From positions 3,162,001 through 3,226,000 of the forward strand of contig CDRNST010000008.1 in the NCBI GenBank assembly GCA_977016875.1: DNA of 64,000 nucleotides, written 5' to 3'. Position 1 is the first letter of the stretch, and each line of letters opens with the position of its first letter. Below are positions 12,742 through 23,749 of the stretch, piece after piece. Source of the DNA: Pavona decussata. Its lineage: Eukaryota. The notes under the pieces are model-generated. The model was not told the DNA's origin and made no database searches. It saw only the letters and a list, made by a program, of their open reading frames with translations. Both the position numbers and the translations under genes were made by a program.

Positions 12742-14616
12742 ATGGGAAAAATCCTAAAAGGTGGATACTGGAAGGTAAACAAGGAACAGCTTAAAACATG
12801 GCTGCCGACCTCATACTATTACGTTTTTTACGGCGCGTTGGGTTCTCTTTTTCCCTTCCTAAACTTGTATTATCGAGCGGTTGGAATGGATCCGTGGCAA
12901 ATCGGCATTCTCGGAGGAATTCGCCCTCTAATTGCACTGCTTTGCGCTCCAGTGTGGAGTTTTGTGGCCAATAAATATAAAATAAGAAAAATCATACTTG
13001 TTGCATCGCTAATGAGCTGGATTGCTTTCACTATTCCACTTGCGTATGTGACGCATTCGACTGCAAGCAAACAGTGCTCAACAAAGGAAAATTCTACAGA
13101 ACTTGGCCTTGGGACAAGTGAAGACTCTGTGAGCGAACTTGAACAGACTGATTTTCGTCCCCCTGAGAATATTTCACTTAAGGAAGATCTTTTGAATTCG
13201 TTTTCCCCTAGCGAATCCCGAGGGCAGAAAGGAATAGTGGGTGTAAAAAGAAATGCTCAGTCATACACGACAAAAACAGCCCATTCGAGCCCAAATGGAT
13301 TCGCGTCTTTGAAAAAGCCGTTCATGAATAGTTTTGACATGACTTCAGGAATTAAATTAAAGGACTCGACTGACAACGAAGATGAGCCTGGGCAACGACA
13401 ACCGTTTGACTTTAAATCCCGTGGTGCTCCATACTATAACAGAAGGAAAAACCCGTATTCTGATGTAATATTTACTGAACTGTTTTTTATTGTTTTCGCT
13501 GGAGAAGTGTTTCAGTCGCCTACAGATGATATAAACACTCATTTTGATGGAACATTCCTGGAACATTTAGGAGTTTTGTATCAAAACGTGGTCAACAACA
13601 ACATTTACAGCTCTATTGGTATTGGATTTGTAGCATTCGCCACTGGTCTAATTCTCCGTTTTGCACCTAAAATAACAATCTGTGACGAAGAATATGCAAA
13701 TTACAAAATCGCCTTCCTAATTTTCTCATTGCTTATGGTTGTTGCCGTGGCAATCTCCACAAAATTTGATTTCAGTTACAGAAGACGTCGTCGCAGCTTC
13801 GAAATTAAAGAATCGTTGCAGAGGCTGATATCTTTAGGAAACCTAACTTTCTTGTTCATCGTGCTCATCATGGGTATTCTACGAGGGGTCTTGTTCAACT
13901 TTGTTTACTGGAACATCGTGGACATTGGAGGCTCGAATCTAGTTGTGGGGATTACTTTGGTGAGCCAGTATCTTTCAGACACAATCATGTCCTTCTCGGC
14001 TCCAATCCTGATGACGTACATGGGATATATCGGCATGGTATATCTTGGCCTCGCCTCTTATGCTCTTCGATTCCTTATTTACTCGTGGCTTAGCACCCCA
14101 GATTCTGCGTGGGTCACCCCACCCGTTGAGCTTCTGCAAGGTATCTCACACTCTACGGCTTGGTCAGCATTCCTGTTGTACATCTCCAGCTACACTCCGA
14201 CCTTTTCCTTCCCCACGGGAATATTTCTACTCCAGGGGCTATATTTAGGGGTCGGTGGTAGCATAGGAGGGATAGTCGGTGGCATTTTAATCCAGGGCTT
14301 CTCTACTAACGTTGCGTTTCGTCTTTTTGGTCTTGTCAGTGTCTTGACGTGTTTGTTGTTTGTGATGATCCAACCATCAGGAGGCGAAGAAACCCTCCCG
14401 TCAGAGGCAGACACTATTTTGTTCCTCACAGATGAAGATGATTATTCCAGTTACAGTGAAGATGAAATTTTTGATTACAACCAACGAGGAGTTGTATATA
14501 TCCCCTCTAAAAACAAAGCTGAAGGAATGCTACAAGTAAAGAAAGTGGTTTTGCCTGCGTATAGTTCTCCTTTAGTGCCCATCTGTATGTCTCTTGGGAA
14601 GGAAGAAGTTAAATGA
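12742..14616 (+). CDS. Major facilitator superfamily domain-containing protein 6-like (MFS_1_like), 624 aa, intronless
   Basis: N-terminal YYYVFYGALGSLFPFLNLYYRAVGMDPWQIGILGGIRPLIALLCAPVWSFVANKYKIRK; long hydrophilic loop after TM3; about 12 hydrophobic segments; late motifs YALRFLIYSWL..WVTPPVELLQG and QGLYLGVGGSIGGIVGG typical of MFSD6. Confidence 0.9.
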   Translation: MGKILKGGYWKVNKEQLKTWLPTSYYYVFYGALGSLFPFLNLYYRAVGMDPWQIGILGGIRPLIALLCAPVWSFVANKYKIRKIILVASLMSWIAFTIPLAYVTHSTASKQCSTKENSTELGLGTSEDSVSELEQTDFRPPENISLKEDLLNSFSPSESRGQKGIVGVKRNAQSYTTKTAHSSPNGFASLKKPFMNSFDMTSGIKLKDSTDNEDEPGQRQPFDFKSRGAPYYNRRKNPYSDVIFTELFFIVFAGEVFQSPTDDINTHFDGTFLEHLGVLYQNVVNNNIYSSIGIGFVAFATGLILRFAPKITICDEEYANYKIAFLIFSLLMVVAVAISTKFDFSYRRRRRSFEIKESLQRLISLGNLTFLFIVLIMGILRGVLFNFVYWNIVDIGGSNLVVGITLVSQYLSDTIMSFSAPILMTYMGYIGMVYLGLASYALRFLIYSWLSTPDSAWVTPPVELLQGISHSTAWSAFLLYISSYTPTFSFPTGIFLLQGLYLGVGGSIGGIVGGILIQGFSTNVAFRLFGLVSVLTCLLFVMIQPSGGEETLPSEADTILFLTDEDDYSSYSEDEIFDYNQRGVVYIPSKNKAEGMLQVKKVVLPAYSSPLVPICMSLGKEEVK

Positions 14617-15175
14617 TGGCGTCATTTTGGAAATGGAGCATCCTGTTACTGATCAGGAAATGATTGTGTTTCTTTTAAAAGGACTAATAACTATAAAATA
14701 ATCTCAAGCGATACAAAAAAAGTCAGGACAAGGAAACAAGAATATTCAACTGGTTGGAATTTCGAGAAAGCGGCGCGAGAGTGAGGCATAGAGCCACGTC
14801 TGGTTTGGCTTTCGATTTATTGGTTGAAGCCAGGCGCAACATTAAAATTGTAAAAATGATTGGCAGAGCCAAAGTAAAACTAACAACAGTAAGGTGCCAT
14901 TAATTCATGCTATGCAGGCAGAGATGTATTGATGACACCTTTAAAAACTGTTAAGGCTCCTTTGGAACCTTTTGATCAAAAAGGCAAAATCATGTCCTCA
15001 GTTGAAAAACTCTTGTCAACTCCCAGAAAACGAGGATATGCACGCGGGAATTCCGTTGGACCAAAAGCTGATAAATCGGATTCAAATTGTCCACCCCGAT
15101 CAAATTCCTCAACCCCAGGGCACGGTACGTGGTCAAATGCCCGGCGTATGCCCAGTCCGGGGGTTGTTAAAGGTT

Positions 15176-16268
15176 GTTATTATATGGCCGTGTCTCAAAA
15201 GGACTGGAAACGATCAAATTCAAGAACTTGATTGGCTAAAATCGATATTGACCGCGGTCTAGATTTTCCCATCTAGACCGATCTTTTGTCCTCAAAATGA
15301 TACAAACAAAAAAAGAAAAAAGAAAGAAAAATTGGCTTGTTCCTGTTAATAATACTACATTGAAGAACCAGTAACGCTAAACGTGGAAGCAGGTAAAGCG
15401 AATGAGAGCAAACGTTGGCAAATTTGAGTCCAGCCGAGCAAGCTACGAGCAAAGATGAAGTCGAAATTGAGAAGTTTTTGCAAGCGCAGCAATCCAAAAA
15501 CACTCAATACAAGACTGAGAGCGACTTAAACGCATGGAAGAAACTTTGTGAGTCACCGAAAGAGTCTAGAGCAATTGAAAAAGTCCTTATACCTACCCGA
15601 ATGAGCTCGACCTTCTTCCAAATTTTTTATCTCCGTTCGTAAACAAGATGGCACCGAGTACGAACCGTGTACATTGAGCGGCTTCCAGCGAAGTTTTCAA
15701 CGTCACCTGTATGAAAAAGGAAGCCTGATCAACATTCTTAAGGATAACGAGTTCTCCAAGTCCAGAGAGGTTCTTGTTACTAAACAAAAGAACCTGCTTC
15801 GCCAAGGAAAAGATAACCGTCCAAATTCAACAAGAGAGCTAACTGAAGCTGAAGAAGATGCACTGTTTGGAAATGGCCAGTTCGGTGTTCAGGATCGTAA
15901 ATCATTACAAAGGTCGCTTTTTAGAAAATTTTCATTGAGCCTGTAGGAAAAAAACGGTTATTTTGTCTTCATTCATTGACGAAGTTTGTACAAAGCTGTA
16001 CTTTGAACAGTTATTTTTGTCTCATTTGAACTGGAGACTAGTGACAGAAGTAAGCCAGCTAACTGCTTGAGCCCTCGCAGGGGAACAAGTATTTTTTTCC
16101 TTTTGATTTCCTGTTTGGCCATATAATAAACATCTTATTAACCGAGCTAGGTCGGTCTGTATGGGAGAATCTTGACCTCGGTCGCTGGTACAGACCTCAC
16201 TGCGTTCGGTCTGTACTGGTGACCTCGGTCAAGATTCTCCCATACAGACCTCCCGCTCGGTTAATAAG
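15176..16268 (+). mobile_element. Crypton-type (DUF3504/ZMYM-like tyrosine recombinase) element, internally deleted and frameshifted
   Basis: Peptides SKNTQYKTESDLNAWKK...VRKQDGTEYEP.TLSGFQRSFQRHL..KG..INILKDNEFSKSREVL..K.K.L.RQGK.NRPN..RELTEAEEDALF; ends gttattatatggcc and ggccatataataaac, then a terminal hairpin at about 16135-16268. Confidence 0.8.
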
Positions 16269-17548
16269 AACTAAGAATTGATCGGTTCAAAACAGCCAAT
16301 ACGAGAATGTTCGAGTTTCTGTGCGGCTTTCAAGCTCAGTAATCACAGAGGTATTTGGTGTACAGCGTTAATTGAACTTATAAAAGAAAGTGGGTGTAGT
16401 TTGCACTAAAAATTGTTTGATCAGTCGTCCCCTGCTCTCAATAAGCATTTTTAAGGTACAGCGAAACCCCGCCTGATTTAATAAATATGCAGTCATTTTC
16501 CTATGTAAGGTCAATTACCTTTAATCTTCCAGATGGTGTCCTTGTCATCACATTTCCACTGTAATTTGTGATTGGATAGGCTGGAGAGTTTTCCACACAA
16601 AAAGCAAGGTGTTTGAGTCCACGTTCGGTGCTGCAAGAAGCTGTCATCCCTTTCACAAAGCGTTGAGAAATGAAATACGGATCACAGTTAAGGAATTCAT
16701 TACTGTGAATGAGTTTGAATAGTACTGAAAAAATGAAGTACAAATTTCAAAAGGGATTTGCCATATATAGCGCTATATGTTTTAATAACTTCCAATTTTA
16801 TTTGACATTTGCTTGTTTGAACTGGGCCTATAAGAATGTATTCGGATTCCTATTTAGTTTAAGGGCGTCTTAGCCCCTACAAGACTGAAAAAATCACGTC
16901 AAAGACGTTTGTCTTTAAATTTTGTGAATATAAATAGCTTTTCCCGTTTACATTATCACGGAATACAATCAGGAGTAGATAAAATGTATTAATGACTTCA
17001 AGACTTCAACTTTATGAGTGTTTGTATAAATTTACATGTACAATTTCTTGGCGCCGCAGGTAGCAAAGTTAATATAGGCGGGCCAAGGATGACAAAAAGA
17101 AAGAATGACTTTAACTGCTAATTAAGAAGGCAGACTGAGCTATAATATCAAAGACACAAGAATAAGGAAAGGTTTATGGGAGGACTAAAATAATGAAGAA
17201 CTTTTTTGAGCTTCTTTAAAGGCAACACCGGAGAAAAGACAAGGAAATCATGTAATAGGGTAGGAAGGAAAGGAATGACAAAACGGTAACATACAACTAT
17301 GCCAGTTGTGATTTGACTTTTGTTACTAGAGATTCAAAATCGTCATACAAGTCTTCAGATTCTAGGACGTTAACATTCAGTGATAGTGACATTCAGTTCG
17401 GTAACTTTACATTGGACAACCACCACATCTGGTGTGTAGATTTTCAACACGTTACTTTGGTAACTGAAAGAGTCGAGTTCTGTATAGTTCTGTATAGTTC
17501 GATCCATTGTTTCCTTTAACGCGTACGTGGATTTCTTTAACCAGTTAA

Positions 17549-17910
17549 GGGCGGTGCGTACTTTTGCTACTGCGCATCTCGCGATGGTCTGAGAAAGTCG
17601 GGTTTCTTAAAGGTGGTGCCTGCTAGAAAAGAGATATTTTTGCGCAGTTTATAACTACATGGACAAAGCAGATCTTGGTAAGGGTTATTGGAATCCGAAA
17701 AGAATATTAGGGGTAACCATGCATTTTTCAGAGATCATTGTTTTGTATTTTGGCCCTTTGTAGAATTATTGTTGGTTAAGTATCTCTTAAAAATGCGAGG
17801 CTACCCCCAATCTTCTTTTTGGATTCCAATAGTCCTTGCTCAGATCTACTTTTCCCGCGCATGCAGTCATAAACTGCGTAAAAATCTTTCGGTATTAGTA
17901 GGCACCGTTC
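17549..17910. mobile_element. TTAA-flanked non-autonomous DNA transposon (Kolobok/piggyBac-type target), copy 1
   Basis: TTAA|gggcggtgcgtact ... agtaggcaccgttc|TTAA; shares sequence (aaagcagatctt..ggaatccgaaaagaatattagggg.taaccatgcatttt) with 52442-52836. Confidence 0.7.
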
Positions 17911-18467
17911 TTAAAAACCTGAATAAATAACCACCATCTCGGCTTATACACCAAATCACATTATTCTTCATTTACTTGTTACTTATGTCTTCAGTTAACT
18001 GTTTACTATACAGGTTCACAGCATTTTTTTTGTTGTGGGGGGGGGGGGGGGGGTTAACCAGTGTGGGTGGTTTATTGGCCAATATAAGATACGAAGATTT
18101 ATTATTTTTATTAATATTGTAATACAGTTCATCAAAATAACTTACACGATTTACTACGCACACCGGCAATACTTACACTTAGTAAACACTTCTTGTAATA
18201 CTTACAATACGTGCTGCACTTGCAATTGATAATATATTTACGACAAATAATTATGTAGCACCAACAAGTACACGAAAACACACATACACCCACAACACAT
18301 CACAAAACACAAGGACATCACACGATGTGTGTCAGCTTGCATAGTTGTTAACATAACGGTACGAATATTATACAGAGTTGGTGTAGAGGTTACAAATCGG
18401 TCGTTTTAGGGTGGCATCGGTCTATCGGTGAAGTCCTTAAGCTAGTACCGTTTTCACACATTTTCCG

Positions 18468-19140
18468 ATGGCAGCTAAAGCATGTTATCGCACCAACAGA
18501 GCCAGTTACCTCAGGTTTTCTGCACATGTGTGCTATCCTCCCTTCCCAGCTCAATCATCTCACCTTTTTCAGTATGCAGCCCTTTTGGCTCGAAGTTTCA
18601 AACCCAACTCTATCACAAATTACCTCAATATTATTGGCATTTTACACAAAGAATTTACCCTGCCTAATCCCTTCATTGACAATTGGCCATTACAGTCTCT
18701 TTTAGCCGGGATTAAACAGGTTAAAGGTACTCCACCCGCCCAAAAATTACCCATTACCCCTAGTATTTTGGAAGACATTTATTCACACCTTAATTTGCGG
18801 TCAAACCTTGATGCCTCCTTCTGGGCTATTTGCTTTGTGACATCATTTTTTGGTATGCTACGGAAAAACCATCTCCTTGTTAAATCCTCACGACCCTTTA
18901 ATGCCTCCCAACAACTCCTGCGTTCAGACTTTATATTTTACCCCTGGGACGCTTTGGTTACTATACAATACTATACAATTCGTTGAGCAGGTAGTTCATC
19001 TCCCACTCCCTTTATTCCAGACTCCCCCTTTGCCCTATCACAGAGACAAAAGGAGCAATGCACTTGACACGCCATGCATTACCTGACTCCCAGGCCTTCT
19101 TCTTTCTCAGCTCACCTGATTTGGAACTAAGGCATTTTTC
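18468..19140 (+). mobile_element. DIRS/Ngaro-type tyrosine recombinase, truncated and degenerate
   Basis: SITNYLNIIGILHKEFTLPNP...LQSLLAGIKQVKG.PPAQKLPITPSIL...DASFWAICF.TSFFGMLRKNHLL matches the N-terminal part of the DIRS YR, including the catalytic Arg in FFGMLR; the frame breaks afterwards. Confidence 0.8.
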
Positions 19141-19419
19141 TTACCCCAAACCGACCTAGTCAACACAACTCAACAAAATAATGACAAAACAAACAGGACG
19201 CACCTACTCAACACAAATCAACAAAACACAACAACAGAAAATACAATACAATCCAAAACAAGACAACACAGCACGATACGATGCGAAGCCATACTCAATT
19301 TTAAATTCGGCTACTGTTCCTCAAAATGTTTTGGATATGAAATGTTTCTGAAAAATCTGGAAACAATGTTTGTTTCCCCGCAACAAAATTGTTTCAAAGT
19401 TCAAAGAGAAATATTTCCT

Positions 19420-20365
19420 TTCACGAGAGAGAGCAGGAAGGAATGCACTTGTTGCTTAATTTTTAGCTATTTTCGCGAATAGCCTTTTCACGGTTGATTT
19501 TCTCATTGGCATTACAATGTTATCCAACGTGTATGCGCGGCAATTTCGGGCTAAAACTACAAAACAGCCCGAAATTGCCTCAAATACATGCTAGATTTCA
19601 TTGTAATGCAAATGAGCAGAGTTAACCGTGAAAAGGGCTATTTGACACCAGAAAGGAATGAATTTATTGCTAGATTTTTGCCCATTTTCACGGATTCTTG
19701 ACGCAAAAGGAGTGAACTTGTTGGTCGATTTTTGGCTATTTCAATGAATTCGAGACCAGAAATGGATGAACGCATTTCTCGAATTTAAAAAAAAAAAAAT
19801 GAAGAAAAAATGAAGAAAAAAAAATGAACTTATTGGTTGATTTTTCCCTATTGTCGCGAAATTGAGAGCAGATCAAGAAAGGAATGAACCTATTGCTCTA
19901 ATTTTAGCTTTCTTCAGGAATTTGAGAACACAAACGAATAAACTTATTCCTCGATATTTGGCCGTTTTCACGAATTTGAGACCTGAAAAAAAGTGAAATA
20001 ATTGCTCGATTTTTGGCTATTTTCACTAATTTGACACCAGAAAGGTACGAACTTGTTTCTCGATTTTTACCATATTCATGGATCTTAGACCAGAAAGGAA
20101 TGAACTTCTTTCTCGAGTTTTGCCTATTTCACGAAATTTGAAACCAGAAATGTATGACGTTATTGCTCGATTTTTGGCTATTTTCACGAATTTAACCAGA
20201 AAGGAGTCACCTCATTGCTTTATGTTTTTGCCATTCTCGAGAATTTGAGGCCAGAAAAAAAATGAACGTGTTGGTCGATTTTTGGCTTTTAACCCGTATT
20301 TAAACTAAGAAGGGAGTGAACTCATTGCCCGACGGTTGCCTATGGCCACGAATTTGAGACCAGAA
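19420..20365. repeat. Diverged tandem repeat, about 54-bp unit, roughly 13-15 copies
   Basis: Consensus gaatttgagaccagaaaggaatgaacttattgctcgatttttggctattttcac; units start near 19972, 20027, 20080, 20133, 20188, 20241, 20296 and 20350. Confidence 0.85.
19478..19642. mobile_element. Palindromic MITE inserted into the 54-bp array
   Basis: aatagccttttcacggttga..ctcatt.gcattacaatg ... cattgtaatgcaaatgag..ttaaccgtgaaaagggctatt. Confidence 0.75.
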
Positions 20366-21327
20366 ATTGTCGCGCGCAAGCTAGCAGCAATAAATTTGTA
20401 TACATTTACGGAAATCATCAGCATACGATCCTTTAAGCTTCGTGCGGGAATCGAACACAAAAGTTTATGTTTTTGAATGCTGGCATTCAGGAGCTGTGCT
20501 ACTTACGGTTCCACTTTCCATTAGATTACAATCAGTTAAAATGATTGCAAATTCCATTCTCACTACCAATTTATTTTCTCCACATACTCCACAGTCTAGG
20601 TTTGGAGTGTAACTATTTTTATTATCGGTTCCATTGTTATGTTGTTATCTATTTTATTATTTACATTTGTTGTAATAAAGGCCGCCAGTCCCAACCTTAT
20701 TTAGTGTCTTGTTTGGTATTTAGGGGTGGTATCGGTCTATCTGTGACTGAGCCCTTCTGAATTACAAACATAGGGTACTGGAACTAGGTCAGCCTTTTTA
20801 TCTACTCAGTGTCCTAGATGCAACATACTTAGCTTGTGCAATCTATTGCGCAACTGCTTAGTTACATCACTCCACGAGCTAAATCACATTGTCTTACTTA
20901 TTTAGATCTTTGCTACAAGAAAAAGAAAGTACATTCACGTACATATATAATTTAGTTCCTGTAGCTTCTCTCTTGCATGATCGCTAGCTAGCAAGCAATA
21001 GCAGCTGTTACTTTTGCAGTTTCCCACCCTATCCTGCCAGGATGGTGCTGGGTTCATTGACAGTCTTATTCTTGTTTATGTTTTTTGCGGTAGTATTTGA
21101 GTGTAACTAGTTTTATTATCGGTTCCATGGTTATGTTGTAATTTATTTTATTATTTACATTTGTTGTAATAAAGGCTGTCGTACTCCCAACCTTGTTTAG
21201 TGTCTTGTTTGGTATTTAGAACGATTGTTTATGAAGAGAATAACAATTATTTCAAGGAACCCCCAAAACGGTAAGTCACAAATTTTGCAATCATGAATTT
21301 CAAACTGTAAATTGTTAACTGGGCATA

Positions 21328-21765
21328 TCAATTCCTTATGAAGTGAAAGCTTAGGAGTACAGGGCGGGAGCTATCCAAGTCTGGAGGAGCGGCGGTAATC
21401 CGTCCTATGTGCGCCACTCCGTGGGGCTTGCTTTGTTGGTCGATCGACTGACTTGCGTTGTTGGGCATCTCGATATCCCTCGAGGGAAGAGCTCTCTCGG
21501 CAGCTGAACAAAAGCTACAACACAACATTTCCTTTATCTTCTTCCTGAATCTTTCGCTTACTTTCTTAGAGCATATGCAAACGGATTCACAGCGGCACTG
21601 AACATGAGCATTGTGTGGCCAATGGGAATTGCATAAGGACCAGGCTTGAAAGAGCCAGAGCGCTCTATAGTGTGGAGTATGAAGTCAGTGTTGTAGCAGA
21701 TCGCAAAGATGGCATTGACGGTTAAAAACCATCAAAGTAAATCGCTTCCGTACCTTCAACACCCC
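21328..21765 (-). pseudogene. Last exon (ICL3-TM6-TM7-C-tail) of a rhodopsin-class peptide-type GPCR, with two frameshifts
   Basis: Acceptor ttctttacacag, then GVLKVRKRFTLMV/(frameshift)TVNAIFAICYNTDFILH...AIPIGHTMLMFSAAVNPFAYAL/(frameshift)ERFRKKIKEMLCCS; contains NPxxY, helix 8 FR and a CC palmitoylation-type motif. Confidence 0.8.
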
Positions 21766-23162
21766 CTGTGTAAAGAAAGACGTCATTCAGTATGGCCATA
21801 TTTGTGCAATATTAATTCTTTTATCAGATTTACATTCAGACATAAAAGATAAGATGTATTTCTTATGTAAATCAAAGGGAGCTATACATCTTTAACTCAT
21901 CCACACGTTAAAGAATTGGAATTACAGTGCAGTTTTTTGGAGGTGAATTCCGAGTAGCATATGGTGGACAACAACTAAAAGTTAATGCCATTTGGGCGAT
22001 CAGTGCATGTTGAAACATGTTTCAATTGAAAGTCCGATCTAAACAACGATCTTATAAAAACTTTAAAAAACTAAATTTTCGGCCATCTTCTATTGCCTTT
22101 GTCAGAGTTTGTTTTAGATCAGATTCAAAATAGTTGTTAATTGAAACAACTAAACGTAAGCTCTTGAACAGAATGTGGTGGAATATTAAGTTAACCTTTG
22201 GGAAAAACACATCCTTGACTTGGAACACAAGGCCACGTTTATTTTTACCTTGAAAATAAACCCACTGTTTGCCAAACATTTTCTTTCGAGATTATTTTCT
22301 CGAGGATAGGGAACACGACAGGAGATCACAGGAAACGACTTGAGAAAACTCCCACTTATCTCAAGATGCTTATGCAACCGGGCTCAGGTGAATAATGATA
22401 TAGAACACTTGTGCCAAACGTTAGTCGGACTGTTTAGTTTAGACCTGCTGAAAAATCTGTTACAGAGTAATATTATGGTAAAAGCCAGCAAACAGCCAAG
22501 CACGGAAGTAACTAGGTTTTAAAAAAGGCATTTAAAGAAAAAAAAAGTAAATTACACGTAGGCAATAACACTTTTCAATAACAGTAATTATTCCACCAAG
22601 GAGCAATGAGCTTTTCGTGATATTAATTTTAACTTTAAAACGTATCCATGGTTTTGCCAGTCATGCAGCGCACGCGCGTTCCACGCGCGAATTAAAAGCA
22701 TGGTACCCATTAATCCTAAAACTACCCCGGTATTTGGTAGTTCTGGCTAAGGGCGGTCGCAATAGATCTCGTTTTCTGGAAGAGTCTTTTGGAAGATTTG
22801 ATCCAGGCCCTGGCTGAGTGATGTATTCGCTGTGGTAATTTGTCACTGTGGATCTGATCAGCAGTATTGTTTAGTTTAGGTATTCACATGTGCTTGTACC
22901 TCATTTCCCGATTTCTCTCTATGATGGCACAGACCAGACAGTTCCCAATGATACATGTTATGATGAGTGTGGACGTCACTGTTCATGCAATATCGGACAT
23001 AATTGATGGGTGTCCGCTTCAGTCACACTTTCAGGGTTAGTAACTTAATTATACAAGACACATTACCACATTTTCCAAAACAGCACCGTGCATTATATTC
23101 ATGCGTACATTTGCTCTGCAGTGCCTTAGTTATAAATAATTTTGTTTTTAGTTCATTCCAAT

Positions 23163-23690
23163 CTAATGACGCGTTCTATGCTCTTCTACCCTCAGTAAAA
23201 GCCCAAATTTGCTGTTTGGCTTGGTTATTCGCTCTGGCTTCTGTTCAAATAATCTTTTTCCCATCGTTGGAATCATCCAGAAGATTATTCCAAAGTCAGA
23301 CTTATCGGCCAAAAGAATGTGTCTCTTTCTTTCTGACAAACGTTTCTCACCTTTCTCGATTGAAGCGTGGACCTTGTCAAACTGATGGCACGAACATGCT
23401 TCTTTAGCTTGTAGATCTTCAATGGCGTCACCAACTTTATGATTAAACCTGTACTGATCCTCGTTTCCTTTTTTATTGAAAGTGATGCGGTTCATCGAAT
23501 TTGAGCAAGCGCTTCTTTATCGTTAAGATGAGAACCGGCAATGTCCGCACGGGATCGCTTGAGCGACTTATTAAAGTCCAAAAAGCGCACATGCAAGTAT
23601 CTTCCAAAATGCCAAAAGTTGCCAACGTGCTTTCGAGGCATGCGAACTGCTAGGAATCAATCTCGAGCTGCACGTCGGCGAGGATAGTAC
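23163..23690 (-). mobile_element. DIRS/Ngaro gag-like ORF remnant
   Basis: ITFNKKGNEDQYRFNHKVGDAIE...IEKGEKRLSERKRHILLADKSDFG resembles the first ORF of invertebrate YR retrotransposons; frameshifted. Confidence 0.6.
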
Positions 23691-23749
23691 CAGATAATAT
23701 TGCCGCTCTCATCCACAAAGCTCATCAATGTATTGTTATTGGCATTGTT

